Assembly (NCBI GenBank): GCA_003241175.1
Contig: QFOI01000001.1
Location: forward strand, 1 to 62,821
Length of the DNA stretch: 62,821 nt
Direction of reading: 5' to 3'
Source of the DNA: Pseudopedobacter saltans
GTDB lineage: Bacteria; Bacteroidota; Bacteroidia; Chitinophagales; Chitinophagaceae
The notes under the pieces are model-generated. The model worked only from the letters and a program-made list of their open reading frames with translations. It did not search any database and was not told where the DNA came from. The translations under genes and the position numbers were made by a program. The first letter of the stretch is position 1. Each line of letters starts with the position of its first letter. Positions 30,099 through 40,521 of this stretch are shown here, piece by piece.

Positions 30099-31217
30099 AT
30101 GCAAAAACTGTCCGTATATCTTACTATATGTTCGATTGTGATAGCCCTACATGTTAGTGGGCAACAATCGGATCAGACAGTTGTGACTGCTTCTGGAGGT
30201 GGAAGCCATGTTGTTACCAGTTCAGTGCGTACATCAGCCAAGATGGATTCTCTTCCTTTGATGACTTACGAAGATTCTGTCAATGTCGGTGATATTGCGG
30301 TAAAGACCATGGACAAAGGGTCCGTAAGTTCTTTTTTGTCTTTATTCAAAAAAGGAAATATTGAGGAAAAAAAGAAACTTTTTTCGCATAGAGCTTATTA
30401 CAACTTAGCGGTATTGATGGCTAGATACAAAAATTATCCGCTAGCTTTAAAATATTTTGGGCTTGCCAATGCTTTTAGCGACCCAACATTGGCAGACCAT
30501 AAATTTAAACTGGATGTAGATAGTAGCCTATTGGATTTTCCCATGCCGTTGTTTGACAAAGATTCACTTATTGAACACCCGGAAAAATATGTTGTTGGTT
30601 CTGATACCGTTCTATTGACCAACAGAGATAAAAAAATTGATTCCAAACCAGTATCTTTTCGAAAATTGCTAGCGCCGTTCAAGGATGACGAAGATGGACT
30701 TGCTTACGGTATTATATTGCACCTCAAACAACCTGAATACGGAAAAAGAAAGCAATTTGCACTTTTCAACAACGTCGGCCATATGTTTATCTCTTTGATA
30801 AAATATGAAGCGGATGGCAAATCTGTTTCGCGGACTTTTGGTTTTTATCCTCAAAAAGACAATCCGTTGTCAGCAACACCTATTTTTCCAGGGACCTCCT
30901 CCACTTTTAAAAATGACTCTTTGCATCTTTGGGATGAGTCGGTTGGCAAGTTTATTACCTACAAACAATTTAAACTTGTATTGCGCATGGTTCGTCAATA
31001 CAGTAAAAAACGCTACCATCTCAACAAAAACAACTGTACGGACTTTGGTTTGGTGGTTGCCGGTGTTGCTGGTATCAATATCCAAGAAACCAATGGGACG
31101 TGGCCATTAGGTAGGGGCAACGACCCTGGAGACACTGGCCAAAGTATCTTGGAAGGGAAAATTTCGGATATGGAATCGCATGACAACTCCAAGTTGTTTA
31201 TTGTAACAGGGAACTAG
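30099..31217 (+). CDS. Secreted hypothetical protein with C-terminal permuted papain-like (His...Cys) domain
   Basis: Start MQKLSV after TATCTTTG (30074-30081); GHMFISL, FGFYP, YHLNKNNCTDF. Confidence 0.7.
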   Translation: MQKLSVYLTICSIVIALHVSGQQSDQTVVTASGGGSHVVTSSVRTSAKMDSLPLMTYEDSVNVGDIAVKTMDKGSVSSFLSLFKKGNIEEKKKLFSHRAYYNLAVLMARYKNYPLALKYFGLANAFSDPTLADHKFKLDVDSSLLDFPMPLFDKDSLIEHPEKYVVGSDTVLLTNRDKKIDSKPVSFRKLLAPFKDDEDGLAYGIILHLKQPEYGKRKQFALFNNVGHMFISLIKYEADGKSVSRTFGFYPQKDNPLSATPIFPGTSSTFKNDSLHLWDESVGKFITYKQFKLVLRMVRQYSKKRYHLNKNNCTDFGLVVAGVAGINIQETNGTWPLGRGNDPGDTGQSILEGKISDMESHDNSKLFIVTGN

Positions 31218-31852
31218 CTTTTTTTAGTTTTTGCCAATTCAAATGAAATGTCCACCATTTGGTTAATGGTTTTGAATAAAAGTTCCTTATCCTCTTGCAG
31301 GTTGAAATCTCTCCCACAGAAAAGACTACCATTAACTTTTCCATGCAAAACCAGATAGTAGATACCCGCTGTAATGATGGCCGCAACCGTACGGAAATCA
31401 ATATCACTATTGGCAAATATGGGGTCAATACCTTTAAAAACAATTTCTCCAAAAGCTTCCCTTAGATCGGCTTCTTTACGAAGAATGTCAGAATACTGAC
31501 TTATTTCCCATACGATCACCTTTTGCATTTCCTCATGCTTATCAAACTCCTCAAAATGGTGCCGCAGTATTTTTTTGATTAAGGCTTTAGGATCTTGGAC
31601 GATATCCATCATTTTTTCAGATTCCATATCCTGGGTAAATACCCTCCAATAGTCTTTTTCCTTAATGTATGTTTCGATAAGATTATCCAGATTTCCGAAG
31701 TGGTAATAGATCATTTTACCGCTTGTATTGGCCTTTCTTGCAATATTTCGGATAAAAAGACCTGTATATCCCTCCGTTTTGATGATATCTCCTACGGCTT
31801 GCAAGATGTTGATTCTTAATGGATCACTTTGTTGTTTCTCTTTAGATGGCAT
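31214..31852 (-). CDS. TetR/AcrR family regulator
   Basis: N-terminal HTH IARKANTSGKMIYYHFGNLDNL. Confidence 0.92.
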   Translation of the reverse strand: MPSKEKQQSDPLRINILQAVGDIIKTEGYTGLFIRNIARKANTSGKMIYYHFGNLDNLIETYIKEKDYWRVFTQDMESEKMMDIVQDPKALIKKILRHHFEEFDKHEEMQKVIVWEISQYSDILRKEADLREAFGEIVFKGIDPIFANSDIDFRTVAAIITAGIYYLVLHGKVNGSLFCGRDFNLQEDKELLFKTINQMVDISFELAKTKKS

Positions 31853-32227
31853 GGTCGAGGCAAGATAATTAAAAAAATATTTTCTAACATTAACGTATTT
31901 TATTCACCACTTGTTGAATTGTATTATCTTTGACAAAATTTTAGACTTTTTAGCCGAAAATTTTATTGAAATATAGGTAGTTTGAAATTTTAAGTCCCGA
32001 CTTGATTTGTTGGTATTGACCTAAAGGTTATTAAGCTGCAATCAAAACTAGCTTACCTGTGCTTAACACTTATGTTCTTTTGCAAACAGATTTACCTGTT
32101 TGAGCCCGTCTTCGATTTTTGCGCATATGATAGTTTCTTCTATTGGCCAGATCGAAGATTTTTTGTTTACCATTTCCGTCTTCAATCAAAAGAGGTATTT
32201 TTACCAAATTGACAAACGTACTCTTTC

Positions 32228-34558
32228 ATGATGCTGAAACGCGTATTCCCTTTCATCCTTACTAGTATTGCCCTCCAACAGGCTCAAGGACAGACGACAT
32301 CCCATCGAGCAATACATACTCTTTTGAAAACCATGACAATTGACGAAAAGATCAATCAGTTATCAACCGTTTTTGGATGGGAGATGTATAGTAAGCAAGC
32401 AAATAAAATCGGAGTTTCTTCCAAGTTTGCAAACTACTCGTACAAACCTGGTATGTTGTGGGGGACTTTGAGGGCTGACCCATGGACGAAAGTCACACTC
32501 AAAACAGGATTAAATTACACCGAGTCCGTGGAGGCAACAAATGCCTTACAAAAAGCATCCATAGAAAGCAGCCCATCTCGTATTCCCATATTGTTGGCAG
32601 AGGAGGGCGCACATGGCGTCATGGCTATTGGAACGACAGTTTTCCCTACGGCTATAGGGCAAGCGTCTACTTTTGACACATCCTTAATCAGGAAAATGGG
32701 GGAAGCCATTGCCGTTGAGACCAGAGCTTTAGGATCTCATGTAGTCTATGGACCTATTTTGGATCTTGCGAGAGAGTTGCGATGGTCGCGTGTGGAGGAG
32801 ACTTTTGGAGAAGATCCAGAATTGGTTTCGCAGATGGGCGTTGCTATGGTTCGAGGTTTGCAGGATGGACCAACCAAAACCATTGCCACGCTTAAGCATT
32901 TTGCGGCCTACGGTATGTCTGACGGCGGACAAAACGGAGGTCCAACAACATTAGGCAAAAGAGATCTTATCGAAAATATTTTGTACCCATTTAGAAATGC
33001 GGTAAAAGCGGGTGCCGGATCTGTCATGAGTTCGTATAATTCTATTGACGGCGTTCCTTGTTCGGGTGATAGTTGGTTGATGAACACAGTCCTAAGAAAA
33101 GAATGGGGATTCAGTGGTTTTACGGTTTCGGATTTGGGAAGTATAGATGGGCTCTATTCCACCCATCAAGTAGCGCCGACGGCTGAGGCAGGTGCTGCTT
33201 TGGCATTGAAGTCTGGGATGGATACAGATCTTGGTGGAAACGGTTTTGGAAAAAATCTTAAAAAGGCATTTGAACAAAAGCTTGTAACTGTCGCCGAAAT
33301 TGATACGGCCGTTATGCGCTTGTTAAGAGCAAAACAGCGTTTGGGTCTTTTTAAAAACCCGTACAATGACACTAAAAAAGTGAACCAACTTGTACACCAA
33401 TCCACTTTTGTCGATTTAGCCAAACAGTTAGCGCAGTCATCAATTATTTTATTAAAAAATGATACAGTAGCTGGAAAGCCCTTACTGCCTCTTTCATCCA
33501 ATATAAAACGTTTGGTCGTTATTGGTCCCAATGCGAACAATATCTACAACCAATTGGGAGACTATACTGCACCTCAGGACAGTGCCAAAATCATAACGGT
33601 ATTGAAAGGTTTGAAAAATAGATTGCCCAATACGGATATCCAATATGTAAAAGGTTGTACGATTCGCGATAGCTCGTTCAACGAAATTACACAGGCGGTG
33701 AATACAGCAAAAAACAGTGATGCGGTGGTTGTGGTTTTAGGCGGATCAAGCGCTCGTGATTTCAAAACAGAATACAAAGAAACCGGTGCTGCAACAGTTT
33801 CCGAAGCCGACGGAAAAGAACCAATGAGTGATATGGAAAGTGGAGAAGGTTATGATCGTACGACTTTGGAATTGATGGGATTACAACAAGATTTATTGAA
33901 ACAGTTAGCCGCAACAGGCAAACCAATTGTCTTGGTTTTGATTGAAGGAAGACCATTGAATATCAACTGGGCATCCGAAAACATCCCATCCATCATCAAT
34001 GCTTGGTATCCCGGCGAACAAGGCGGCAATGCTATTGCAGATGTATTGGTTGGCAACTATAATCCTGCAGGGAGATTGCCTGTTTCTATTCCTCGCTCGG
34101 TTGGCCAACTTCCGGTTTTTTACAATTACAAAAAACCGATCAAACATCGTTATGTAGAAGAAGAAGCAACACCACTCTACAGTTTTGGTTACGGATTGAG
34201 TTACACGCATTTCAAGTATGAAAATTTGCAACTTCACTCGTCAAAACTTAATGGCAAAGTTTCAGTTAAGGCATCGTTCACTATTACCAATGATGGACCT
34301 TTAGATGGAGACGAAGTGCCGCAGTTATACATTCGTCAACAATATACTTCCGTGGTGCGACCTATAAAACAGTTACGTGCTTTTTCCAGAATATTTTTGA
34401 AAGTAGGAGAAAGTAAAACAGTTACATTCTCTCTATCAGAAAAACAATTGGCCACATGGGGAAAAGAGGAAAAATGGTCTATGGAACCAGGAAAATACCA
34501 AATCCAAATAGGAAAATCTTCCGACAATATAGTACTGCAATCTAGTATTGAACTATAA
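32228..34558 (+). CDS. GH3 beta-glucosidase/xylosidase
   Basis: WSRVEETFGEDP, KHFAAY, FTVSD, SGEGYDR, AWYPGEQGG, C-terminal Fn3-like domain. Confidence 0.95.
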   Translation: MMLKRVFPFILTSIALQQAQGQTTSHRAIHTLLKTMTIDEKINQLSTVFGWEMYSKQANKIGVSSKFANYSYKPGMLWGTLRADPWTKVTLKTGLNYTESVEATNALQKASIESSPSRIPILLAEEGAHGVMAIGTTVFPTAIGQASTFDTSLIRKMGEAIAVETRALGSHVVYGPILDLARELRWSRVEETFGEDPELVSQMGVAMVRGLQDGPTKTIATLKHFAAYGMSDGGQNGGPTTLGKRDLIENILYPFRNAVKAGAGSVMSSYNSIDGVPCSGDSWLMNTVLRKEWGFSGFTVSDLGSIDGLYSTHQVAPTAEAGAALALKSGMDTDLGGNGFGKNLKKAFEQKLVTVAEIDTAVMRLLRAKQRLGLFKNPYNDTKKVNQLVHQSTFVDLAKQLAQSSIILLKNDTVAGKPLLPLSSNIKRLVVIGPNANNIYNQLGDYTAPQDSAKIITVLKGLKNRLPNTDIQYVKGCTIRDSSFNEITQAVNTAKNSDAVVVVLGGSSARDFKTEYKETGAATVSEADGKEPMSDMESGEGYDRTTLELMGLQQDLLKQLAATGKPIVLVLIEGRPLNINWASENIPSIINAWYPGEQGGNAIADVLVGNYNPAGRLPVSIPRSVGQLPVFYNYKKPIKHRYVEEEATPLYSFGYGLSYTHFKYENLQLHSSKLNGKVSVKASFTITNDGPLDGDEVPQLYIRQQYTSVVRPIKQLRAFSRIFLKVGESKTVTFSLSEKQLATWGKEEKWSMEPGKYQIQIGKSSDNIVLQSSIEL

Positions 34559-34597
34559 AAAACAATGCAGCGAAATTTCGCTGCATTGTTTTTTATA
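34554..34597. terminator. Bidirectional terminator
   Basis: Perfect palindrome TATAAAAAACAATGCAGCGAAA/TTTCGCTGCATTGTTTTTTATA between convergent genes. Confidence 0.9.
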
Positions 34598-34599
34598 CG

Positions 34600-35661
34600 C
34601 TATTTTACATTTCCAATATTGATCAAGATTTTCACCTCGGAAGGATCTTTTATCAGAGCTTCAAACCCTTCTGGAACGATATTGTCCAGTTCAATTTTTC
34701 TGGTAACTAGTTTTTCTACATCCATTTGCTTGCTATTGATCAGTTCAATTACTTTCGGGAAGATATTGCGGTAAGCAATGACGCCTTTGATGGTAATTTC
34801 TCTACAAACTTGTTCGAATGCATCCAATGTTACTGGTTTGCCAAAAAGAGCAACCAACAATTCGGTACCACCATTTCTTAAGGATTTTATTCCATTGGTA
34901 AATGTGGGTTGTACACCTGCCGCATCAATGACACGATCCACTCCAATGCCTGTCACTTTTCTGATCTGCTCTGGAATGTCACTATCCGTTCCTTTGATAA
35001 TATAATCCGCTCCGATTTCTTTTGCCTTTTCTAAACGTTTTTCTGATACGTCAATGACAAATGTTGTGGTTGCTCCGGCTGCTTTTGCCGCTTGTAAACA
35101 CAAAAGACCAATAGGTCCTGCGCCGAAGATGGCGACCGATTCTCCTATCTGTAAACCACTATTGACTACTGCATACACCGCAACGGCAGCAGGTTCTACC
35201 AATGCGCCTTGCTCAAAACTCATAGAGTCGGGTATTTTGTGGACCATGTAATCTTCTACAACTACATAAGGTGCAAAGCCCCCATTGGCATTTAGGCCAA
35301 CAAAACCTAGAGGTTCTGATAAATTGTATTCGCCATTTGCGATAAATGGACTATCAGGATTTTTGAATATGGGCTCTACGACTACTCGATCGCCAACCTT
35401 AAGCTTGGTTTGTGCATCTACTCCGATTTCGCTAATAACTCCTGAAAACTCATGGCCTAAAGTGGTTACTCCAAAATGGCCATTCAGCGGATAGGGTTCT
35501 TTTGCAGGTATCAAGTTGGGTCCATGAACATATTCATGCAAATCAGATCCACAAATACCTGCATATTTAACTTCAATCTTGATCTGTTTGGTACCTGTGA
35601 CAGGAATTTCCGTGTCTTCTACTCTTACGTCTTTGGCTGCATACCATCTTGCTGCTTTCAT
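34600..35661 (-). CDS. 2,3-butanediol dehydrogenase-like zinc MDR
   Basis: MKAARWY start, GICGSDLHEY, GHEFSG, GALVEPAAV, GAGPIG. Confidence 0.85.
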   Translation of the reverse strand: MKAARWYAAKDVRVEDTEIPVTGTKQIKIEVKYAGICGSDLHEYVHGPNLIPAKEPYPLNGHFGVTTLGHEFSGVISEIGVDAQTKLKVGDRVVVEPIFKNPDSPFIANGEYNLSEPLGFVGLNANGGFAPYVVVEDYMVHKIPDSMSFEQGALVEPAAVAVYAVVNSGLQIGESVAIFGAGPIGLLCLQAAKAAGATTTFVIDVSEKRLEKAKEIGADYIIKGTDSDIPEQIRKVTGIGVDRVIDAAGVQPTFTNGIKSLRNGGTELLVALFGKPVTLDAFEQVCREITIKGVIAYRNIFPKVIELINSKQMDVEKLVTRKIELDNIVPEGFEALIKDPSEVKILINIGNVK

Positions 35662-35817
35662 GTCATCTTTTTTGTTAACGTTCAAAATAAAATAAAAAAA
35701 TAGAAAGAAAATATGACAAAAAACATCTTTTTAGAAAAACTGAATACATTTTCATTTACAAAAGAGCTTTTATCAAAAACAAAAGAGAAGGGTTTAAGCC
35801 TAATCCTTTTGAAACAA

Positions 35818-37479
35818 CTATTTTTTCTTTTCGGGTTTTAATATTGCTGCCAATTTCAGCGCGTTGTAGGCATTGATAATACCTCCCGAAACTGATAAGT
35901 CTTCAAAAGGAACACTAGTTGTTCCACCTGGAAGTTTTGTAAACTGGTTTGGTTTTTCCACGGAGTTCATGATGACATACTTTACTTGTTCGGCTGAAAG
36001 TTGCGGAAAATAAGAACGAATCAACGCAGCTACTCCAGCTACAACAGGTGACGCCATACTGGTACCGCTGAGATAAGAATATTTGTTGCCTTTTGGTACT
36101 GTAGAATAGATTTTGACACCGGGTGCAAATACATCCACATTCTTTTTGCCATAGTTACTAAAACTAGCAGCAAGGTTTCTTTCTTCTTTTCCTCCAATCC
36201 GAGGATCTCCACTTGCCCCAACGGTGATCAAGTTAGTGGCTTGTTTTCCTGGATAAAAAATAAGATCTCCGCTAGGATAACTCAAAACACTATCAATATC
36301 ATCTCCGTCATTTCCTGCAGCATGCACCAGCAATACATCATGTTGCTGTGCATAAACGAAGGCGCTATCGACCCAATATTTTTCAGGTGAATAAGGTTTT
36401 CCAAAACTCATATTGATAACTTTGGCTCCATTATCCACTGCGTATCTTATTGCTAGCGCAATATCTTTGTCGTATTCATCTCCATCAGGAACTGCTCTCA
36501 CCGAAAGAATCTTTACATTATCTGCAATGCCGTCAATACCAATACCATTGTTTCTTTGTGCGGCGATGATACCCGAAACGTGCGTTCCGTGCATCGGATC
36601 TCCTCCATACACGTCGCCATTGCCATAGTGGCTATCCTTGAAATCGTTGTAGTTGTCTTTAACGATATCGGCTCTATATTGTTTGGGAGCTTTTTGTCGT
36701 GCGTTGGTGGCATTTTGATACTTATCACGTTCGGATTGTAGGATAGAAATAACTTCCGTATTGGGCATTTCGTCTGGAAATGACGGGAAAAAACGTCTTA
36801 CGCCAAGAAAAACCATCCGAGCTCTACTAGTCTTATCATCAGAAGGCGTCATTTTCTCCAGCTCTTCGAAATTAAATTCCTTTTTCTTGAAGGACTGCTG
36901 CAATATAGAATCCGATATTTGCATAGTGGCATATATTTGAGTTAATGCCATCGCAGCCTGTGCGTCCTCCTCTGATTTTTTGGGGTCAGCTACTTCATCA
37001 GCAGCACGTTTCCAAGCAAGATATTCATATTTGTCAAGTTTGGACAATGTATTGGTATCAATAGATTTTCCCGAAAATCTATCCTTAAACTTATAGTAAA
37101 CGCGATATTTTTCTTCGGCTTCTTTATTGACGTCTTGACCATCAGCATTCCCTAAAAAATTCCATCCGTTTATGTCGTCTACATAACCGTTTGAGTCGTC
37201 GTCTTTCTTATTGCCGGGTACTTCTTTCACATTTCTCCACAAAACGGACTTAAGATCTTCATGTGTTGTATCAATACCACCATCAATAACCGCAACTATT
37301 ACAGGAGTAGATTTTTTGTCTTTTAAAAAATCATAGGCCTTTTTTAGACTGATTCCGTAAACAGAATCTGTTGCCAAATCCTGTTGATACCAAGTTTTCT
37401 CATCTATTTTTTTCTGGGCAAACGCGCTGCTGCTTAGTGACAATGCAAAAACTGCCACTGCTATATCTCTATATCTCAT
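35818..37479 (-). CDS. S8 subtilisin-family serine peptidase
   Basis: VAVIDGG, HGTHVSG, AAGND, SGTSMASP; signal peptide. Confidence 0.95.
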   Translation of the reverse strand: MRYRDIAVAVFALSLSSSAFAQKKIDEKTWYQQDLATDSVYGISLKKAYDFLKDKKSTPVIVAVIDGGIDTTHEDLKSVLWRNVKEVPGNKKDDDSNGYVDDINGWNFLGNADGQDVNKEAEEKYRVYYKFKDRFSGKSIDTNTLSKLDKYEYLAWKRAADEVADPKKSEEDAQAAMALTQIYATMQISDSILQQSFKKKEFNFEELEKMTPSDDKTSRARMVFLGVRRFFPSFPDEMPNTEVISILQSERDKYQNATNARQKAPKQYRADIVKDNYNDFKDSHYGNGDVYGGDPMHGTHVSGIIAAQRNNGIGIDGIADNVKILSVRAVPDGDEYDKDIALAIRYAVDNGAKVINMSFGKPYSPEKYWVDSAFVYAQQHDVLLVHAAGNDGDDIDSVLSYPSGDLIFYPGKQATNLITVGASGDPRIGGKEERNLAASFSNYGKKNVDVFAPGVKIYSTVPKGNKYSYLSGTSMASPVVAGVAALIRSYFPQLSAEQVKYVIMNSVEKPNQFTKLPGGTTSVPFEDLSVSGGIINAYNALKLAAILKPEKKK

Positions 37480-37559
37480 GTTAACAAAAAATTCTTGCTA
37501 TAAATGGCTAAAACTATACCTAAAACCGAATCGGGACAACAATCTTTCTCAATATTAAC

Positions 37560-37964
37560 TTAATGTTCAGCCAAAGTCAATATTGTTTCCCATTCTTCGT
37601 CGGTAACTTTTCCTACGGAAAGGCGCTGCAAACGAACTAAATCCATATTTTGTAAAGCGCTATGAGCCTTTATAACTTCTAAGGAAACAGGATGTTTCAA
37701 TTTTTTGACGGGTTTTAAATCCACAACGACCCAATTGGTATCTTCTGTAGTCGGGTCTTGGTAAGCCTCTTTGATAACTTTAGCAATGCCGACAATTTCT
37801 TTTCCTTCATTACTGTGATAAAAAAAGACTTCATCGCCCTTTTTCATGTCTCGCAAATTGTTACGTGCGCCATAATTGCGTACACCGTCCCAGAAGGTAG
37901 ATTTGTCTTTTACAAACTGATCCCAACTATACTTGAATGGTTCTGATTTGACTAACCAATGCAT
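37560..37964 (-). CDS. EVE domain protein
   Basis: WLVKSEP, WDGVRNY, FFYHS, RLSV. Confidence 0.92.
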   Translation of the reverse strand: MHWLVKSEPFKYSWDQFVKDKSTFWDGVRNYGARNNLRDMKKGDEVFFYHSNEGKEIVGIAKVIKEAYQDPTTEDTNWVVVDLKPVKKLKHPVSLEVIKAHSALQNMDLVRLQRLSVGKVTDEEWETILTLAEH

Positions 37965-37981
37965 AATATTGAAAATTTAGG

Positions 37982-38461
37982 TTATTTGATTCGCCTGTTG
38001 TAATCGATCATCTTGATCGCGGTGATGGCAGCCTCTTCTCCCTTATGTCCATCCTTCCCTCCGACGCGTTCTAATACTTGCTCTTCGTTTTCTACTGTCA
38101 AAACGCCAAAGACAGTAGGAACATCCAATGTCATATTGAGATCCAGTACACCTTCGCTAACGATTTTGCATACGTAATCGAAATGGGGCGTGGCTCCACG
38201 AATCACAATTCCAAAGACTATGTAGGCATCTGGTTTTCTTTGGCTGCTACGATTCCATGCTTTGACGGCAAACGGCAATTCTACCGCACCAGGGACAATG
38301 ACTGTTTCGAAATCCACATTGTTTTCCTTAAAAACTCTTTCGCAACCGGAAGCTAGTTGGTCAATCAATGTAGCATTCCATTCTGTTTTTACTATAACAA
38401 CAAAGGCATCCTCAAGTTTTGGGATGCCTTTGGTTAAAGCGTTGTTGCCTTGTGTAGACAT
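37982..38461 (-). CDS. ribH: 6,7-dimethyl-8-ribityllumazine synthase
   Basis: VPGAVELP, VIRGATPHFDYVC, FGVLT, KGEEAA. Confidence 0.95.
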   Translation of the reverse strand: MSTQGNNALTKGIPKLEDAFVVIVKTEWNATLIDQLASGCERVFKENNVDFETVIVPGAVELPFAVKAWNRSSQRKPDAYIVFGIVIRGATPHFDYVCKIVSEGVLDLNMTLDVPTVFGVLTVENEEQVLERVGGKDGHKGEEAAITAIKMIDYNRRIK

Positions 38462-38472
38462 ATAAAATATTT

Positions 38473-39168
38473 TTATTTAACACTTAAATCGTTGGGTTCG
38501 ACACTTAAGCGGAAGATGTATTTATCCGCTTGTGCACCACGAGCTGTATTTGGAAATTTTTCTTTTACGCTTTTGTACAACTCAACAGCTTCTTTTGATT
38601 TTCCTGAAATTTCACTTAACAAACCAGCACGGAAAAGATATTCAGAAGCGCTTGCTTGGTCATCTTCAAAAGTTGCAGCAGCTTTTTTGTAAGCATCAAT
38701 GGCTTTGTCGTTTTGTTTCAATTCGCTGTAGGCGTCACCCAATGCTCCTAAAGCCTGCATCTGTATTGGTTTGGAATCAGTTGAGAAATCACTCAATTGC
38801 TTAACGGCATTGCTGAAATCACCTGTTTGCAAATAACAGATACCTGCATAATAATGTGCCAGTTTACCCGTTTTTGTTCCATCATAGCTCTTTATGATTG
38901 CAAGGAAACCTTTGTTGGTGCCGTCACCATTCAAAGCCAATCGAAACGAATCTAAAGCGAAATATTGCTGAGCTACCGCAATGGCACTTTGAGCCTTGAT
39001 TTCCTTAGGTTTCTGGACATAATTCTGGTATCCAAACCATCCAGCAATAATGACCACCAATATGATGGCGATTGTGGCAAGAGGCTTGATGAATTTATTA
39101 AGGTCTCTTTGTGCAGTTTGTGCACTGGCGATCTCTTCTTTTCTTTCTAGTTTTGTTTCTTGAGACAT
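38473..39168 (-). CDS. Membrane-anchored TPR protein (YfgM-like)
   Basis: Single TM followed by TPR repeats; ALNGDG, LAHYYAG; start reassigned to MSQETK. Confidence 0.85.
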   Translation of the reverse strand: MSQETKLERKEEIASAQTAQRDLNKFIKPLATIAIILVVIIAGWFGYQNYVQKPKEIKAQSAIAVAQQYFALDSFRLALNGDGTNKGFLAIIKSYDGTKTGKLAHYYAGICYLQTGDFSNAVKQLSDFSTDSKPIQMQALGALGDAYSELKQNDKAIDAYKKAAATFEDDQASASEYLFRAGLLSEISGKSKEAVELYKSVKEKFPNTARGAQADKYIFRLSVEPNDLSVK

Positions 39169-39202
39169 CGAAATTTGAAATTTTAAAATATAATTTTGAA
39201 AC

Positions 39203-39236
39203 AAAAGTACCCATTCATGATTGAGTGGGTACTTTT
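39203..39236 (-). terminator. Terminator-like hairpin after pdhA
   Basis: AAAAGTACCCATTCA-TGAT-TGAGTGGGTACTTTT. Confidence 0.75.
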
Positions 39237-39256
39237 AATATTGATTTTTAGGAAAA

Positions 39257-40258
39257 TTAATCTTTAATAAAAGGATAATTCTGGTCTACATATACATCCT
39301 TATACAGTTCATCCAATTCTGGTAAAGGACTTTCTTCCGCAAACTGAACGCAAGCTGCAACTTCTTGTTCGATCTTGTCGTCTATTGCTTTGATTTCCTC
39401 GTCTGTAGCGTATTTTTTATCTTTTATAACACTCAACACTTCCAATATAGGATCCTGTGATTTGTAAGATTCTAATTCTTCTTTTGTACGGTATTTACTT
39501 GGGTCAGAGATAGAGTGGCCTTTGTAACGGTAAGTTTGGATTTCCAACAATGTAGGACCATCTCCTTCACGAGCACGTTTTACGGCTCTGGAAATAGCTT
39601 CGTGTACATCTTCTGGTTTCATACCATTGACTTGATCAGCTGGCATTTCGTAAGCATCCGCTAATTTATAAATGTCAATTACGTTGGAAGAACGGCGTAC
39701 TGCAGTTCCCATGGCGTAATGGTTGTTTTCGCATATGTAAACGATCGGAAGATTCCAAAGCATGGCAAGGTTAAAGCTTTCATGTAAAATTCCCTGACGT
39801 GCTGCACCGTCTCCAAAGAAGCAAAGAGTGACATTGTCCGTGCCTCTGTACTGTTCGGCAAACGCGATACCAGTAGCTACGCCAATCTGAGCACCTACGA
39901 TACCATGACCACCAAAGAAATAATGTTCTTTACTGAAAAAGTGCATACTTCCACCCTTTCCCTTTGCACAACCGGTAGCTTTCCCGTATAATTCGGCCAT
40001 TGCGGCATTAAGACTGATTCCTTTAGCAATACCCAAACCGTGATCACGATAAGATGTGATGTAAGGATCCTCCTGTTTAGTTGCGGAAATACATCCTGCA
40101 GCTATTGCTTCTTGTCCAACATAAGAGTGGAAAAAGCCGCGGATCTTACCAGCCATCTTATACATTTCTTCTGCTTTCAGCTCAAACTGACGAATTGTTT
40201 GCATCAACTCGTACCATTCTAAGTACTGCTCCTTCGTGAAATTGGTATTTACTGCCAC
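39257..40258 (-). CDS. pdhA: Pyruvate dehydrogenase E1 alpha subunit
   Basis: IRGFFH, GKGGSMH, GDGA...ENN TPP motif, YRYKGHS; probable GTG start. Confidence 0.95.
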   Translation of the reverse strand: MAVNTNFTKEQYLEWYELMQTIRQFELKAEEMYKMAGKIRGFFHSYVGQEAIAAGCISATKQEDPYITSYRDHGLGIAKGISLNAAMAELYGKATGCAKGKGGSMHFFSKEHYFFGGHGIVGAQIGVATGIAFAEQYRGTDNVTLCFFGDGAARQGILHESFNLAMLWNLPIVYICENNHYAMGTAVRRSSNVIDIYKLADAYEMPADQVNGMKPEDVHEAISRAVKRAREGDGPTLLEIQTYRYKGHSISDPSKYRTKEELESYKSQDPILEVLSVIKDKKYATDEEIKAIDDKIEQEVAACVQFAEESPLPELDELYKDVYVDQNYPFIKD

Positions 40259-40383
40259 GTTTAAAAAATTTGGGGCAAATATAAAGGAAAAATAGATGAA
40301 TTTTGGCATTGGTTGGAATTTCATGTACTATCGGCAATTACATCGGCCAAAAGAGATATTATGATATTTTAATTTTTACTAAA

Positions 40384-40521
40384 AGGAATTATACCTCCTT
40401 TTTTTACGCTTTTTTACACATAGCTACACATTTTTGTATCAAAAGGGCTCTATATTGCCTTTTTGGACGCATCTTTACACATAATTACTGATTTTTTCAC
40501 TAAAAGGGAAATATAATACCC
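40384..40521. repeat. Three 16-bp palindromes at 61-bp period (candidate HipB-type operators)
   Basis: AGGAATTATACCTCCT (40384), GGGCTCTATATTGCCT (40445), GGGAAATATAATACCC (40506). Confidence 0.7.

Noticed and set aside
32072..32212. 46-aa Phe-rich small ORF (MFFCKQIYLF...) upstream of GH3
   Set aside because: The Phe bias is explained by T-rich sequence and there is no logical link to the downstream gene; unsupported without Ribo-seq
37560..37964. EVE protein as part of a modification-dependent defence system
   Set aside because: Standalone EVE in a housekeeping run (TPR-ribH-EVE-S8) with no nuclease partner
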